The notes beneath the pieces are model-generated. The model made no database searches and was not told the origin of the DNA. It saw nothing but the letters and a program-made list of their open reading frames with translations. The position numbers and the translations under genes are program-made. A stretch of DNA of 64,000 nucleotides, taken from a virus. Below, in pieces: positions 27,836-38,242 of the stretch; the stretch's first letter is position 1, and the number at the start of each line of letters is the position of its first letter. The stretch lies in IMG/VR virus record IMGVR_UViG_3300008448_011290. One strand, written 5' to 3'.

Positions 27836-30131
27836 CAGCTGATTCTGTTTGAGTGTTTGTTTCTGCCTGCGATTTTTTATATTCTAATGCTATCTTTTCA
27901 TCTTTAATTGTAACTTCAACCCTACCACCATCTAATAACTCTCCAAATAAAATCATTTTAGATAAAGGTTTTTTAATCTCATCATCTATAATTCTTGCTA
28001 ATGGACGAGCTCCTAGTTTATCATCAAATCCTTTTTTAACTAGATATTCTATAGCTTCTTCAGAAGCATTCACTTCCACACGTTTTTCCAGTGTCATTGT
28101 GTTTAACTCTAATAAGAATTTCTTCACAATTCTCTTCATGGTCTCTTTTTCTAGTTTTCTAAATTTAATTACAGCATCTAACCTATTACGGAACTCTGGA
28201 GCAAAGAATCTTTTAACTGCATCATCATCGTCGCTTCTCTGTTGATCTCCAAATCCTAGATTAGCTCGTTCCATTTCTTCTGCACCTAAATTAGATGTAA
28301 GAATTAAAATAATATTTCTACAATCAGCTTTCTTACCATTACTACCTGTCACAGTTCCATAATCCATTACTTGTAACAACATATTAGTAACATCTTGATG
28401 TGCTTTTTCCACTTCGTCAAACAGTACCACTGCATGAGGATGTTTTTCAATCTCATTAATAAACAAACCACCGCCCATGTGTGAGTCTTCGTAGCCCACA
28501 TAGCCTGGAGGCGATCCTATTAATTTGGCAATAGAATGTTTCTCTTGATACTCAGACATATCAAATCTTATCAATTGTGTGCCCAATGTAGTGGCCAATG
28601 TTCTTGCTGTTTCAGTCTTACCACAACCAGTTGGTCCTATGAATAGGAATGATCCCACAGGTTTGTTCAGACTTTTTAAACCTGCTCGGCTGATCAATAT
28701 CTTATCGATAACTTTATTTAAAGCATCATCCTGTCCAAACACCTGCAGTTTCATTTTGGTTTCCAATGTTTCTAAATTGGCTGCTTGTTTCTGACTCAAT
28801 TGCTCTATGCTGATACCTGTTAATTTGCTAATCTCGTGTATGATTTCTTCGTGATCAATTTTGCCATCTTTGATGCCTTTTAATCTTAATCTAGCACAAG
28901 CACTATCAATAACGTCTATGGCTTTGTCTGGCAATTTTTTATCTGCTATAAATTTAGATGAGTATTCCACTGCATCTTCGCAGGCTTCATCAGTGATTGT
29001 ACAACCATGAAACTTTTCATAGTATTGTTTAATACCTTTTAATATCTTAACGCAAACTTCTTGTGTGGGTTCTCCAATTTGTAATCTTTGGAATCGGCGC
29101 ATTAGAGCTCGATCTTTTTCAAAGAATTTTCTATATTCTTCCCAAGTGGTTGAAGCAATTACTTTAATATTGCCTTTGGTCAACACTGGTTTCATCATAT
29201 TGGCTAAATCCATACCACCTTGTCCTGTAGATCCAGCACCTACCATCATATGTGCTTCATCTATGAACAATATAGCATTGCCTTTTTGATCCAATGCATT
29301 CAGCACTAGTTTTAATCGCTCTTCAAAGTCTCCTCGGAATTTAGATCCTGCAATCATACTGGCAACATCTAAACTATAAACCACATTGCCTTTTAAATAT
29401 TCTGGTACATCATCTTTGTTTTTAGCAATCCTTCTTGCTAGTCCCTCTACTATGGCAGTTTTACCCACTCCTGGATCACCCACTATTAATACATTGTTTT
29501 TATTTCTACGAGCTAGAATCTGCTTTAATACTTCTAGATCGTCATCTCTGCCTATTACAGGATCTATTTTTTTATCAAAATATTTTTGATTTAAATTCTC
29601 ACAATAATTCTTTAATACTTTATCTGCTTGATTGGGTCTTAATTTTTGTTCAGGATTGACACTAGTACTACCACCCATGGCAGCTTCTTCTAAAATACTC
29701 TCTGCGGAGATCATGTCATTTAGGTCATCTTTATTAACTTTATGTGTCTTTAAAAAGAAAGCACCATAACTTTTCTTCTCAGCAAATATACTTAATAATA
29801 CATCTATAGACGTAACACTCTGTCTGCCTTGGAATAGAGCTTGTGTAAATGCTCGGTTCATTAGTCGTTCCAGTGATGCTGTTTTTCTTGGTGCTACAGG
29901 ATTTGTACTTTTGCTTACGATATCAGCACATTTAGTATCTAAATAATTCTCTATGTCCAATATCATGGCACCCACATTTGTTTTTAATTCTTGCAACACT
30001 GTGCCCACTTCTTGGTCTTTGATCAGAGCTAATAATAAATGCTCTATGGTTACGTATTCATGTTTACGTTTTTCAGCTTCTTTGACTGCGTTCTCAAAAA
30101 TATTTTCTAGTGATTCGTTTGCTTCTAACAT
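27819..30131 (-). CDS. clpA: ATP-dependent Clp protease ATP-binding subunit (ClpA-like)
   Basis: Clp N domain (HEYVTIEHLLLAL); two AAA+ modules GDPGVGKT and GPTGCGKT; FDMSEY; no ClpB middle domain. Confidence 0.92.
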   Translation of the reverse strand: MLEANESLENIFENAVKEAEKRKHEYVTIEHLLLALIKDQEVGTVLQELKTNVGAMILDIENYLDTKCADIVSKSTNPVAPRKTASLERLMNRAFTQALFQGRQSVTSIDVLLSIFAEKKSYGAFFLKTHKVNKDDLNDMISAESILEEAAMGGSTSVNPEQKLRPNQADKVLKNYCENLNQKYFDKKIDPVIGRDDDLEVLKQILARRNKNNVLIVGDPGVGKTAIVEGLARRIAKNKDDVPEYLKGNVVYSLDVASMIAGSKFRGDFEERLKLVLNALDQKGNAILFIDEAHMMVGAGSTGQGGMDLANMMKPVLTKGNIKVIASTTWEEYRKFFEKDRALMRRFQRLQIGEPTQEVCVKILKGIKQYYEKFHGCTITDEACEDAVEYSSKFIADKKLPDKAIDVIDSACARLRLKGIKDGKIDHEEIIHEISKLTGISIEQLSQKQAANLETLETKMKLQVFGQDDALNKVIDKILISRAGLKSLNKPVGSFLFIGPTGCGKTETARTLATTLGTQLIRFDMSEYQEKHSIAKLIGSPPGYVGYEDSHMGGGLFINEIEKHPHAVVLFDEVEKAHQDVTNMLLQVMDYGTVTGSNGKKADCRNIILILTSNLGAEEMERANLGFGDQQRSDDDDAVKRFFAPEFRNRLDAVIKFRKLEKETMKRIVKKFLLELNTMTLEKRVEVNASEEAIEYLVKKGFDDKLGARPLARIIDDEIKKPLSKMILFGELLDGGRVEVTIKDEKIALEYKKSQAETNTQTESADAKTS

Positions 30132-30601
30132 TATCTATTCGCTTTCTTATTAAACGTAATACCGTTTAGATGATCCAGTTCGTGTTGAAAACATCTTGCT
30201 TCTAAACCTTCTAATCGTGACAACAAAAATTCTCCTTTATTATTTTGATATCTGACCATTATTATTTTGGGCCTGCTTACTTGTAACAGCAATCCCGGAA
30301 AGCTCAGACATCCTTCCTGTGCTAATTCTTGCTCTTCATCTGCATTAACTAGTACTGGATTATAAATTATAGCAGGTTTTTTAAATACGTCAAATGACTC
30401 ATGGCCTATTGCAAAGAATCTTTTGGTAATGCCTATTTGGTTAGCAGCAAGACCTATGCCATTGCTGTGTATCATAAGATGTATCATGTCATGCTCAAAC
30501 ATTTCTAAATCACGATATCTCATGGGTATTTCGTCAAATTTAAACTCTGTACAGACAGTATATAATGTATGGTATGGATGAACCATTATGCTCATATTCA
30601 T
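30131..30601 (-). CDS. def: Peptide deformylase
   Basis: GIGLAANQ, EGCLS, QHELDHL. Confidence 0.95.
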   Translation of the reverse strand: MNMSIMVHPYHTLYTVCTEFKFDEIPMRYRDLEMFEHDMIHLMIHSNGIGLAANQIGITKRFFAIGHESFDVFKKPAIIYNPVLVNADEEQELAQEGCLSFPGLLLQVSRPKIIMVRYQNNKGEFLLSRLEGLEARCFQHELDHLNGITFNKKANR

Positions 30602-30602
30602 A

Positions 30603-31442
30603 TTATAAGTCCTTGATCTTCTCTAAATCTTTTGCACTCAATTGGGGTATTAATATATTAATTTTAATATATATGTTACCTTTAATATTTAATGTATCAT
30701 GCACTGGCATGCCTTGACCTTTTAAGACTATTGTATTGCCTGGCTGTGTGCCTGCAGGCACTTTAACGTTTAATATTCTGTCATCCAGTGTGCGTATTTT
30801 AAATTCTGTGCCTCGAATAGCATCAAAACAACTTATAGTTTTATCACTAAAAAGATCGTTACCTTTGCGAGTATAGCCATCTGAATCCAATACAGTTACA
30901 GTGCATAATAAATCTCCTCTTTCTAAATTATTATCAGTATCATCACCTAGTCCTTTGTATTTGAACACAGCACCATTCTGTACACCAGCAGGTATTTTTA
31001 AATTTACAATTTCATCTCTGCCTGAAGGTAGTCTTACACTGATAGTTTTTTCTGTGGCTTGATATACTTCTTTTATAGATAGAGTTATTCTAATGTTTAC
31101 TGATTGATTAGTTCGCGGTCGTGTTCTATATACTCTTGTTTGTCCTCTACCAGGCCCAAATCCAAAACCTGAGAAAAAATCTTGGAATATATCTTCGCTG
31201 AAGAAATCATTGCCCTGCTGATTGAAACCCGAACCTCGTGTTCCATAACGCCTCATGGCGTCGTACTCTTGTCTCTTTTCTGGATTTTTTAGAGTATCAT
31301 AGGCTTCATTGATCTCTTTAAATTTATTTTCATCTCCGCCTTGATCAGGATGATACTTTTTAGCCAATACTTTAAATGCGTTCTTTATCTCTTTCTCAGA
31401 AGCAGTTTCGGCCACACCTAGAGTGTCGTAAAAATTCTTCAT
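30603..31442 (-). CDS. DnaJ/CbpA-type co-chaperone (no Zn finger)
   Basis: J domain with HPD, G/F region, DnaJ C-terminal domain. Confidence 0.92.
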   Translation of the reverse strand: MKNFYDTLGVAETASEKEIKNAFKVLAKKYHPDQGGDENKFKEINEAYDTLKNPEKRQEYDAMRRYGTRGSGFNQQGNDFFSEDIFQDFFSGFGFGPGRGQTRVYRTRPRTNQSVNIRITLSIKEVYQATEKTISVRLPSGRDEIVNLKIPAGVQNGAVFKYKGLGDDTDNNLERGDLLCTVTVLDSDGYTRKGNDLFSDKTISCFDAIRGTEFKIRTLDDRILNVKVPAGTQPGNTIVLKGQGMPVHDTLNIKGNIYIKINILIPQLSAKDLEKIKDL

Positions 31443-31449
31443 TTGTATA

Positions 31450-31477
31450 AGTTTACTATAGATCTAGTATCTGTCAA
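31450..31477 (-). promoter_or_regulatory. Sigma70-type promoter TTGACA-N16-TAAACT, leaderless
   Basis: 7 nt to ATG 31442. Confidence 0.65.
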
Positions 31478-31488
31478 TGCTTTGGTAA

Positions 31489-31803
31489 TTAAAGAGCTGG
31501 GTCTTCGGTTTTGGACGGTTTGCTGATACCATTAGTAGTAGTGGTAGAAGCAATCTTCTCTTGTGATCTACCATATGCTGACAATCCTAACACTGCTCCC
31601 ATTGCAATATGGAAGAAACCAGCACCCTGTAGAGTTAATGGTTGCCATTGTGTGAATAAAATGTTTTTTAGATAAGTGGCTTGAGCAACATTCCACAGTA
31701 TAGGAAATATTACAAAATCAAAAGCACAGATTCCCATGTACAACCAACCCATTGCTGGTCTCCATCGTTTCTGCATCCAATCTTCTTTTTTAGTTTCACT
31801 CAT
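31489..31803 (-). CDS. Putative holin (GTA 3TM holin-like)
   Basis: WRPAMGW.Y, two hydrophobic helices, LG..AYGR..EK. Confidence 0.75.
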   Translation of the reverse strand: MSETKKEDWMQKRWRPAMGWLYMGICAFDFVIFPILWNVAQATYLKNILFTQWQPLTLQGAGFFHIAMGAVLGLSAYGRSQEKIASTTTTNGISKPSKTEDPAL

Positions 31804-31805
31804 TG

Positions 31806-32081
31806 TTACTTCTCCAATTTTTTAATTCTTGTTTCTAATTCGTCTATTTTTTTTGCTATATTAGGATTTATTTTTTTCCAAGCATCTGGATCTTGATTTA
31901 ACCAAGTCCATCCATATCGATCACGTAAAAAATCAATGGCTCTATCCCATTTGTTGTACACCCATAAACCAATTCTAGTGTCTTTCATGTAGGCAAGGAA
32001 CAGGGCACCAAATATAGATCCCATAATACCTGTGTAGATCCACAGACGATCTCCAGCCATTCTTTCAATCATTTCCCACAT
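31806..32081 (-). CDS. Membrane-anchored hypothetical protein
   Basis: N-terminal TM, C-terminal coiled coil, late promoter. Confidence 0.6.
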   Translation of the reverse strand: MWEMIERMAGDRLWIYTGIMGSIFGALFLAYMKDTRIGLWVYNKWDRAIDFLRDRYGWTWLNQDPDAWKKINPNIAKKIDELETRIKKLEK

Positions 32082-32094
32082 AATGTACTGTTAT

Positions 32095-32469
32095 TTATTT
32101 CTCTTTAAGGATATATTTGATGGGGTATTCAGCTTTTACTTTGACTCTCTTGCCAGATTCACTGTCTCTGTACTGTATTAAATTGGGTGCAAGTTCTACA
32201 AAATCATCTACATGCACAGTGGTTAATACACCATCGTGCCAATAGGTCAATTCTGAAGGAATCTTTTTGAACATGTCTGCCACATGATGATAAACCCATG
32301 CTAGTGCGGACCAAATGCTTTTAGAACCAATTTTTAGATAACGATACAGTATGCAGGCAACAATTTTAGAATATCCGTAACCTTTTACAGAATAAAGTTT
32401 GAAACAAGACCATATGTTCTTTAATATTGAAACAATGGCGTTAATTATTTGTTTTAGTCGTTCCTTCAT
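32095..32469 (-). CDS. Hypothetical protein
   Basis: ORF overlapping the o-spanin stop. Confidence 0.5.
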   Translation of the reverse strand: MKERLKQIINAIVSILKNIWSCFKLYSVKGYGYSKIVACILYRYLKIGSKSIWSALAWVYHHVADMFKKIPSELTYWHDGVLTTVHVDDFVELAPNLIQYRDSESGKRVKVKAEYPIKYILKEK

Positions 32470-32803
32470 AGTATTCTTTGTAGCGATCCAATATGTCTTG
32501 AGTCTGTTTTAGTGTGCTGCGAATCTGTGCAAAATTTTTAGCCAACAACTCATAATCTTCATCACTCAACCCAAACAGCACAGGATCCAATCCTTCTGCT
32601 TTCATTTTGGCAAATACTTCATTGGCATTGTTGCTGGTGATCACAATCCATCTCAATTTCTCCATCTCTTCCAGAGTGGGAGTCTTAAGATTCAATTTTT
32701 CTCGGCTTTGTTCTTGTGTGAGCACTTTAATCACTTTTTCTCCCACTAAGCTGCAATTGGTTAAAAACAAACTCAAAGCTATCACGGAAATTATTTTAAT
32801 CAT
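32441..32803 (-). CDS. Putative o-spanin (lipoprotein)
   Basis: Lipobox LTN-C; directly follows the i-spanin-like gene. Confidence 0.7.
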   Translation of the reverse strand: MIKIISVIALSLFLTNCSLVGEKVIKVLTQEQSREKLNLKTPTLEEMEKLRWIVITSNNANEVFAKMKAEGLDPVLFGLSDEDYELLAKNFAQIRSTLKQTQDILDRYKEYYEGTTKTNN

Positions 32804-32804
32804 A

Positions 32805-33290
32805 TTATTCGTTGTATGGCTTATACGCTGGGTTGGCTATGGCTGGACACTCGGAATTAATCTCTGATTTTTTAGTGGCTGTTTTTTCAGCTTCTGTTAG
32901 TTTGGCTCCACCTGCGATCTCTACGCATCTCAGAGCTTTGTCTGATGCTTTGTTAACAATTCTTTCCATGGCTTCGGGTCTTTCCATTGCTGTCTTGCCC
33001 AAGTCTCTGGTGCCTTTGTTGAATCTCTTGTCTAGGTCATCGATATCTTTTTTAAGATTGCCTACCAGTTTGTTCACTTCTTGGTTAGCTTTCATTATGG
33101 CTTCAAAATCTTTTTTCTGTTGTTCGATGTATTTGGTCTGTTGCTCTAAGGCCTGTTCCATCTTTACTTGATTGCCTTTAAGAATAGCATTATCTCCTCT
33201 CAGTTTCAGCACGTAAGCACCTGCTCCTGAAACTGCTAGAACCATGATGATCGTAAAGACCATTTTTACTGAACCAAATAATCCAAACAT
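32805..33290 (-). CDS. Putative i-spanin
   Basis: N-terminal TM, long coiled coil, C-terminal Cys pair. Confidence 0.7.
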   Translation of the reverse strand: MFGLFGSVKMVFTIIMVLAVSGAGAYVLKLRGDNAILKGNQVKMEQALEQQTKYIEQQKKDFEAIMKANQEVNKLVGNLKKDIDDLDKRFNKGTRDLGKTAMERPEAMERIVNKASDKALRCVEIAGGAKLTEAEKTATKKSEINSECPAIANPAYKPYNE

Positions 33291-33299
33291 AATATTATA

Positions 33300-34040
33300 T
33301 TACCACTTATATTTACTTACCAGAGCTGACTGATTGCCTTTAGAGAATATGAATCGATTTTCATAGGTCTTTGTGATATTGTACGGGCCGAAGTATTTTG
33401 TTAAAAATAGACATTCTGCCATACTTTCAGCATCTATTTTAAATGCTCGAGTTTCTTTTAATATTTGTTGAGTAGAACCATATTCGTGTAACTCAAATCG
33501 TAATTCATCAAGACTACCTTTTTTAGTTACAGAAATAATATTATTATCTAATTTAAATTCTAACAATTGAAATTTATCGAAGAAACTGTGTATCTCTCCT
33601 AATTTTAGGCTTGTTATTTTTTGGCCATATGCCTCAGCAGTGCTAGGTATTATATTCTTTAAATTTTCTCGACTGGCTTCAAATGGTACTTCGTTTTTAT
33701 GATAGGTAAATTCAAAATTTTTAATATTGGTTAATTTTTTAAGATCATCTAAAAACTCTCCAATGTATCTATCTAGACCTTGTTCTCTAGGAAATTCTAT
33801 GAATACTCTATATTTTCCATCAGTCATAGTGCCTGGAGTGGCATCAGCATCTAAAACTTTTTTATAACCTTTTTCAGCAAAATTTTCTAAATCTTTGGCA
33901 CCAGCTGCTCCTGAACATACGAAAGCAAGAACACAGATGTCTTTGTCTTCGCCCATCTTGCTCTTGTATTGATCCACCGAGAAACGTTTCTCTACTATGC
34001 CTTCAAGATCGCCTGCTTTTAATCCTTCATTAACTTGCAT
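33300..34040 (-). CDS. Phage hypothetical protein
   Basis: MQVNEGL..GDL...V...FSVDQYKSKMG. Confidence 0.65.
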   Translation of the reverse strand: MQVNEGLKAGDLEGIVEKRFSVDQYKSKMGEDKDICVLAFVCSGAAGAKDLENFAEKGYKKVLDADATPGTMTDGKYRVFIEFPREQGLDRYIGEFLDDLKKLTNIKNFEFTYHKNEVPFEASRENLKNIIPSTAEAYGQKITSLKLGEIHSFFDKFQLLEFKLDNNIISVTKKGSLDELRFELHEYGSTQQILKETRAFKIDAESMAECLFLTKYFGPYNITKTYENRFIFSKGNQSALVSKYKW

Positions 34041-34497
34041 TGGCTGCGTCCTGTGCTGCTTGATAATCTATTGTGGTTTCTAAATCTTGGCCGTGTTTGA
34101 AATTGCCGATTAACTCTTTTGGCATGCGAATGTTAACCACCCATATTGAATGTCCATCAATCCGACCTTTGGTTGTGCCTGGTCTATAATCTTCTGGTCC
34201 TTTGATAGGTCTTGGTTTGAATAGAGTATCTTTTTGATAGGTCACTTTGCAACCTCTGTCTGTTAATCTTTTGCCTCCTTGCGGATCTGGCATTTTGTCC
34301 AGAGGCCACATGAATGAACACTCTACAAAATGTCTTTGATCTTTGGGTCCTGATAATAATTCGCCTTCATCCCAATTTTTAAACACATATACATCTAATT
34401 CGTCGATAACTCGTTCAAAGTCCTTTAATATACCCAGAGATGGGCTTAATGAATAAAGGTCTTGTACGTTGCGGATTACATCTAATACGTCATGCAT
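34030..34497 (-). CDS. Phage hypothetical late protein
   Basis: LKDFERVIDELD.YVF.NW..GEL..GP; TAAATA 7 nt upstream of ATG 34497. Confidence 0.65.
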   Translation of the reverse strand: MHDVLDVIRNVQDLYSLSPSLGILKDFERVIDELDVYVFKNWDEGELLSGPKDQRHFVECSFMWPLDKMPDPQGGKRLTDRGCKVTYQKDTLFKPRPIKGPEDYRPGTTKGRIDGHSIWVVNIRMPKELIGNFKHGQDLETTIDYQAAQDAANAS

Positions 34498-34579
34498 GGT
34501 TGTGTATTTATGCTGCTTTTCTTGTTTGTAATTTATGCTCATATATCTCTTGTGGTAAAGTGGTAAGTAATTTTATACA

Positions 34580-35293
34580 ATGTCTCGTAAACACAGACGT
34601 CAAAAACAACAATCCAACATCGTTAACTTTATGAATTATCTTGCCGAAAAAAAACAAGCGGCTAGACCTACCGCTAGAACACCGGGTCAGCAGGAGTATT
34701 TGAACATATTAAACAACTACCAATACAAGATTGTAGTGGCATTAGGACCAGCAGGAACAGGCAAAACCATGCTGGCTACAGAGCGTGCTATTGAGCGATT
34801 ACAAAAAGGTGAAATCGATAAAGTGGTTGTGACTCGTCCTGCTAGCTCAGTGGACGAAGAAATAGGATTTTTACCCGGTGATATTAATCGTAAAATGGAA
34901 CCGTGGATGAAACCTATACTGGATGTTTTTGAGAGTCATTATATGCCACCCACAGTGGATGAGATGATGAAACGTGGCACTATAGAAATTGCACCACTGG
35001 CATTCATGCGAGGAAGAACATTTAAAGATGCATTTATTATTGGAGATGAAATGCAAAATTCTACTCCTTCACAGATGAAGATGTTAATGACTCGTTTGGG
35101 CAGAGGATCACAGATGGTTATCACAGGAGATACTCGTCAATCAGACAGAATGGTGGGCAATGGATTGGTAGATTTTAAAAGGCAATATGAGAATTATTTT
35201 AATGCTGAATACGTTAAATTTATAGAATTAGGCAAAGCGGATATACAGAGACATCCTGCTGTGTCAGAAGTGTTAGGAATTTACGGAGAATAA
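34580..35293 (+). CDS. phoH: PhoH-family ATPase
   Basis: GPAGTGKT, GFLPG, FMRGRTF, DEMQN, GD..Q.D. Confidence 0.95.
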   Translation: MSRKHRRQKQQSNIVNFMNYLAEKKQAARPTARTPGQQEYLNILNNYQYKIVVALGPAGTGKTMLATERAIERLQKGEIDKVVVTRPASSVDEEIGFLPGDINRKMEPWMKPILDVFESHYMPPTVDEMMKRGTIEIAPLAFMRGRTFKDAFIIGDEMQNSTPSQMKMLMTRLGRGSQMVITGDTRQSDRMVGNGLVDFKRQYENYFNAEYVKFIELGKADIQRHPAVSEVLGIYGE

Positions 35294-35557
35294 TTACTTT
35301 AAGAATTCGTCAATGGCATCTGCATACCATTGTCTATAATGTTTGTATAGAGCGTCAAACGGAAAATCTTTCGGAACATTAGGTAGATCCACTTTAATAA
35401 CTGTTTGTTCAACTAAATCCAATACTACTTTTGCTTCGGCAATCTTGCCTGCTCCTAATTTTTTCTTACTAAGTTCAACAAACTCATCAAATTTGCCATC
35501 AGGTTTTATATTATATTTTACTACAAAATATCTTTTCTTTTCATGTTTACTTCCCAT
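35294..35557 (-). CDS. Hypothetical protein
   Basis: 87-aa ORF converging on phoH. Confidence 0.6.
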   Translation of the reverse strand: MGSKHEKKRYFVVKYNIKPDGKFDEFVELSKKKLGAGKIAEAKVVLDLVEQTVIKVDLPNVPKDFPFDALYKHYRQWYADAIDEFLK

Positions 35558-35756
35558 TTAATCTTCCCCATTTAATTTTTAACCATATTCTTTCATGAAT
35601 ATAATAATCAATACTAAGAAGAATATGTAATACTGTAGCAAATCCGGTTGCAGAACTGATACTTCCAGTAAACAACCAAGTATAAAAAATTGTAAATAAC
35701 CAAGCAGAAAGTCTATAAGTAATCATTCTTACTACGGTTCTTTTTTTACTTTCCAT
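35547..35756 (-). CDS. DUF2061-like membrane protein
   Basis: ES.KRT....ITYR...YYIHERIW.KIKWG. Confidence 0.75.
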   Translation of the reverse strand: MESKKRTVVRMITYRLSAWLFTIFYTWLFTGSISSATGFATVLHILLSIDYYIHERIWLKIKWGRLNGK

Positions 35757-36675
35757 CGTGTATTCTCGCTAGTTTAATCATTACAGCCGCAAGGTTGATC
35801 TCTGGATCTGCTACGAATGAGTGATCCACTAATCCTTGTTTGATTGTTAATATCGCTTTGTCTTGTTGCTCATCGTCTTTGCTGATAAGTTCTAAATTGT
35901 CATACAACCAACGAAATATATCTTCCACTTCTTCGGGTCTAGCTTGTGAACACACTAATTTTCGTGCATCTAATATCTTGCCTTTTTTAAACAGATCCAC
36001 CATCTCTAATCTGTAATCTTGCTGACCTTTATCTGATTTGTCTGGAGCATATAATTTGCCATCTTTGCAATTCTGTTGCACCATATTGATACATTTTCTT
36101 AGGTCTGGATATGTGGCTTTAACATACGTGTCCAGTATATCCAATTCTGGTTCCACTTTCTCATCAATTAGTATCTGTGCTATTCGTGCTGTGAATTCGT
36201 TCTTATCTATGGTCTCGATATGAAATCCTTGACATCTGCTGTGCAGTGCTGGAATAACTCTGTTGGGATAGTTGCAGGTTAATATAAATCTTGCTGATGT
36301 ATGGTATGTTTCCATCACACCACGCAGTGCTGCCTGGCCATTAGGAGTGATATAATCTGCTTCATCCAATAGCACATATTTAAAAGCACCAAACGGCATT
36401 ATCTGCACAAAGTTTATAATCTTGTCTCTCACTGTGTCCACAGAGTTCTCTCTAGATGCGTTAATTTCTAGCACATCATATGGGTCTACTTTTAATTCAT
36501 GGAATAATATTTTAGCCAGTGTAGTTTTGCCCACACCTGGTGCACCTGAAAATAATAAATGAGGGATGGCTCCGCTTTTGATCCAGCTCTCTATTTGTTC
36601 TCGCTGACGCTGATCGCGAACCACATAATCTTTTAAAGTATTGGGTCTATACTTCTCTGTCCACAACTCTTTCAT
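35746..36675 (-). CDS. Clamp loader ATPase subunit (gp44/RFC-small-like)
   Basis: WTEKYRP, GAPGVGKTT, INAS, LDEAD, SRC. Confidence 0.93.
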   Translation of the reverse strand: MKELWTEKYRPNTLKDYVVRDQRQREQIESWIKSGAIPHLLFSGAPGVGKTTLAKILFHELKVDPYDVLEINASRENSVDTVRDKIINFVQIMPFGAFKYVLLDEADYITPNGQAALRGVMETYHTSARFILTCNYPNRVIPALHSRCQGFHIETIDKNEFTARIAQILIDEKVEPELDILDTYVKATYPDLRKCINMVQQNCKDGKLYAPDKSDKGQQDYRLEMVDLFKKGKILDARKLVCSQARPEEVEDIFRWLYDNLELISKDDEQQDKAILTIKQGLVDHSFVADPEINLAAVMIKLARIHDGK

Positions 36676-36848
36676 ACAACCTCTTCAACGATACCTAGTA
36701 TTTCTGCAATGATAAAAGCCAATCCTGCAATATTCAATAGTGTACTGCCTGATAAACATAAACACAATCCTGCAATCAATCTCACACCGCTCTTGATCAG
36801 TGATACTCGAAAATGTCCTAGCCTATTGTCTTTGTTTTGAATTTTCAT
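36672..36848 (-). CDS. 58-aa membrane protein, absent from ORF track
   Basis: MKIQNKDNRLGHFRVSLIKSGVRLIAG...AEILGIVEEVV; ATGA overlaps on both sides. Confidence 0.65.
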   Translation of the reverse strand: MKIQNKDNRLGHFRVSLIKSGVRLIAGLCLCLSGSTLLNIAGLAFIIAEILGIVEEVV

Positions 36849-37039
36849 TCTTTTACTTCGGCTAATGGAGTCACAGAGAAATTATCAGTGTAATCATTCT
36901 CAGAGTAATTCCTTTGAACAGTTTCTTTAACTAATACTCCGTCTCGGATTCTATAAGTTACTAATTCTTGTTTGATAACTCCTGTGGTATTTCCCTGGAA
37001 TGCTGCATAGAAAGGTCCTTGTTTATTTTCTTGTGTCAT
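36845..37039 (-). CDS. Hypothetical protein
   Basis: Preceded by TTGATT-N17-TAATAT, 6 nt before the ATG. Confidence 0.6.
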   Translation of the reverse strand: MTQENKQGPFYAAFQGNTTGVIKQELVTYRIRDGVLVKETVQRNYSENDYTDNFSVTPLAEVKE

Positions 37040-37078
37040 ATGAGTATATTAACACAGATACATAAAAAAATCAACTGA

Positions 37079-37804
37079 TTATTTCCAATTAACTATTTCT
37101 TCGTAATTGGGTTTGATCTTGTTTTTAAAATAAGGTAATTCTTTATCACGATAACCGATGCCTAGAAGAAATGCTACGTTAGAAAAGCCATGTTTTAATG
37201 GTGCTAATATATTATTAAAATTTTTATAACTGTGATAATAACATTTACAGAATGAAGCATATAGTCCTTGTTCGGCACTTAAAAGAGTTGTACCATAGGC
37301 ATGCATTGAGGCTGATATCATCCACTGATGTTCTGTTCTATCAGCATATCCAATTATTTTTTCATTGTATTTTTGCTTTTTTTGTTTTTCTGTGGGTATA
37401 CCTGGTCTTTGATAATACACTAAAAGATAAGGTGCTCGTACTTGATCATTAAATCCAAAACCTTGATATGTACTCTCAATTTTTATACCATTCCTCATGA
37501 TTTCTCTTTTATTCTTCCATCCTTCGTATATCTCTTCTAATAGTTTTATATTGTCTTCTTCTTTGCCTCCAGCGGCAAAAATTCTTTTGTCTGGTCCTGT
37601 GACAGTTTGTAGAGCTACTAATCTTTTTTCTTCTGCATGTTCTGGTCCCCACACATCTATTTGGTAGTTCCACATATTATTTTTAACAGGGATTAACTCG
37701 TGTGCATCTTTGAGTATTTGATCTATTATTGTTTTTTCGGGGGCTTGATCAGAGAAGTGTGTGATGTTCTCACGCAACTTCATTAATCTTTTTAATTCAC
37801 TCAT
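37079..37804 (-). CDS. Nitroreductase-like protein
   Basis: R.NI..FS, APYLLVY, A.EQGL.ASFC.C, LGIGY. Confidence 0.6.
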   Translation of the reverse strand: MSELKRLMKLRENITHFSDQAPEKTIIDQILKDAHELIPVKNNMWNYQIDVWGPEHAEEKRLVALQTVTGPDKRIFAAGGKEEDNIKLLEEIYEGWKNKREIMRNGIKIESTYQGFGFNDQVRAPYLLVYYQRPGIPTEKQKKQKYNEKIIGYADRTEHQWMISASMHAYGTTLLSAEQGLYASFCKCYYHSYKNFNNILAPLKHGFSNVAFLLGIGYRDKELPYFKNKIKPNYEEIVNWK

Positions 37805-37810
37805 TTATTG

Positions 37811-38221
37811 CTAGGCGCTATACCCAGCCTGTTTGGCAACTTCGTCTTGAGGTTCTTCGTCTGAAACTAATAAGATATCTTTCTCATCTACCATTCTCAC
37901 TTCTTCTTTAACACCATCTTTCTCCACAATCATACCACGAGTCCAACGACCATGTGCAACCAATATCCATTGTCCCACACTGACATCTTCTTGTTTTGCT
38001 CCCACAGCATATACTCGACCCCATCGCGGATGTATGCCCTGTTCTTTGCCATCATCATCCAGTAGTATTAATCCACCTTTAGTCTTAATATCACCAAATC
38101 TCATCTTATAAACTAGAACTCTTTTTCCGATGGGTTGTATGTCTGAATCGCTGACTGTGTGCTGTAGTCCTCCGTGAGAACCGAATCCTTTTTTCTGTAA
38201 GTCTGATATTATATCCACCAT
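37811..38221 (-). CDS. GroES-like co-chaperonin
   Basis: PIG.RVLV, KTKGGLIL, G.VYAVG, E.DIL. Confidence 0.8.
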   Translation of the reverse strand: MVDIISDLQKKGFGSHGGLQHTVSDSDIQPIGKRVLVYKMRFGDIKTKGGLILLDDDGKEQGIHPRWGRVYAVGAKQEDVSVGQWILVAHGRWTRGMIVEKDGVKEEVRMVDEKDILLVSDEEPQDEVAKQAGYSA

Positions 38222-38242
38222 AGTGGTTATATTATATAATGT

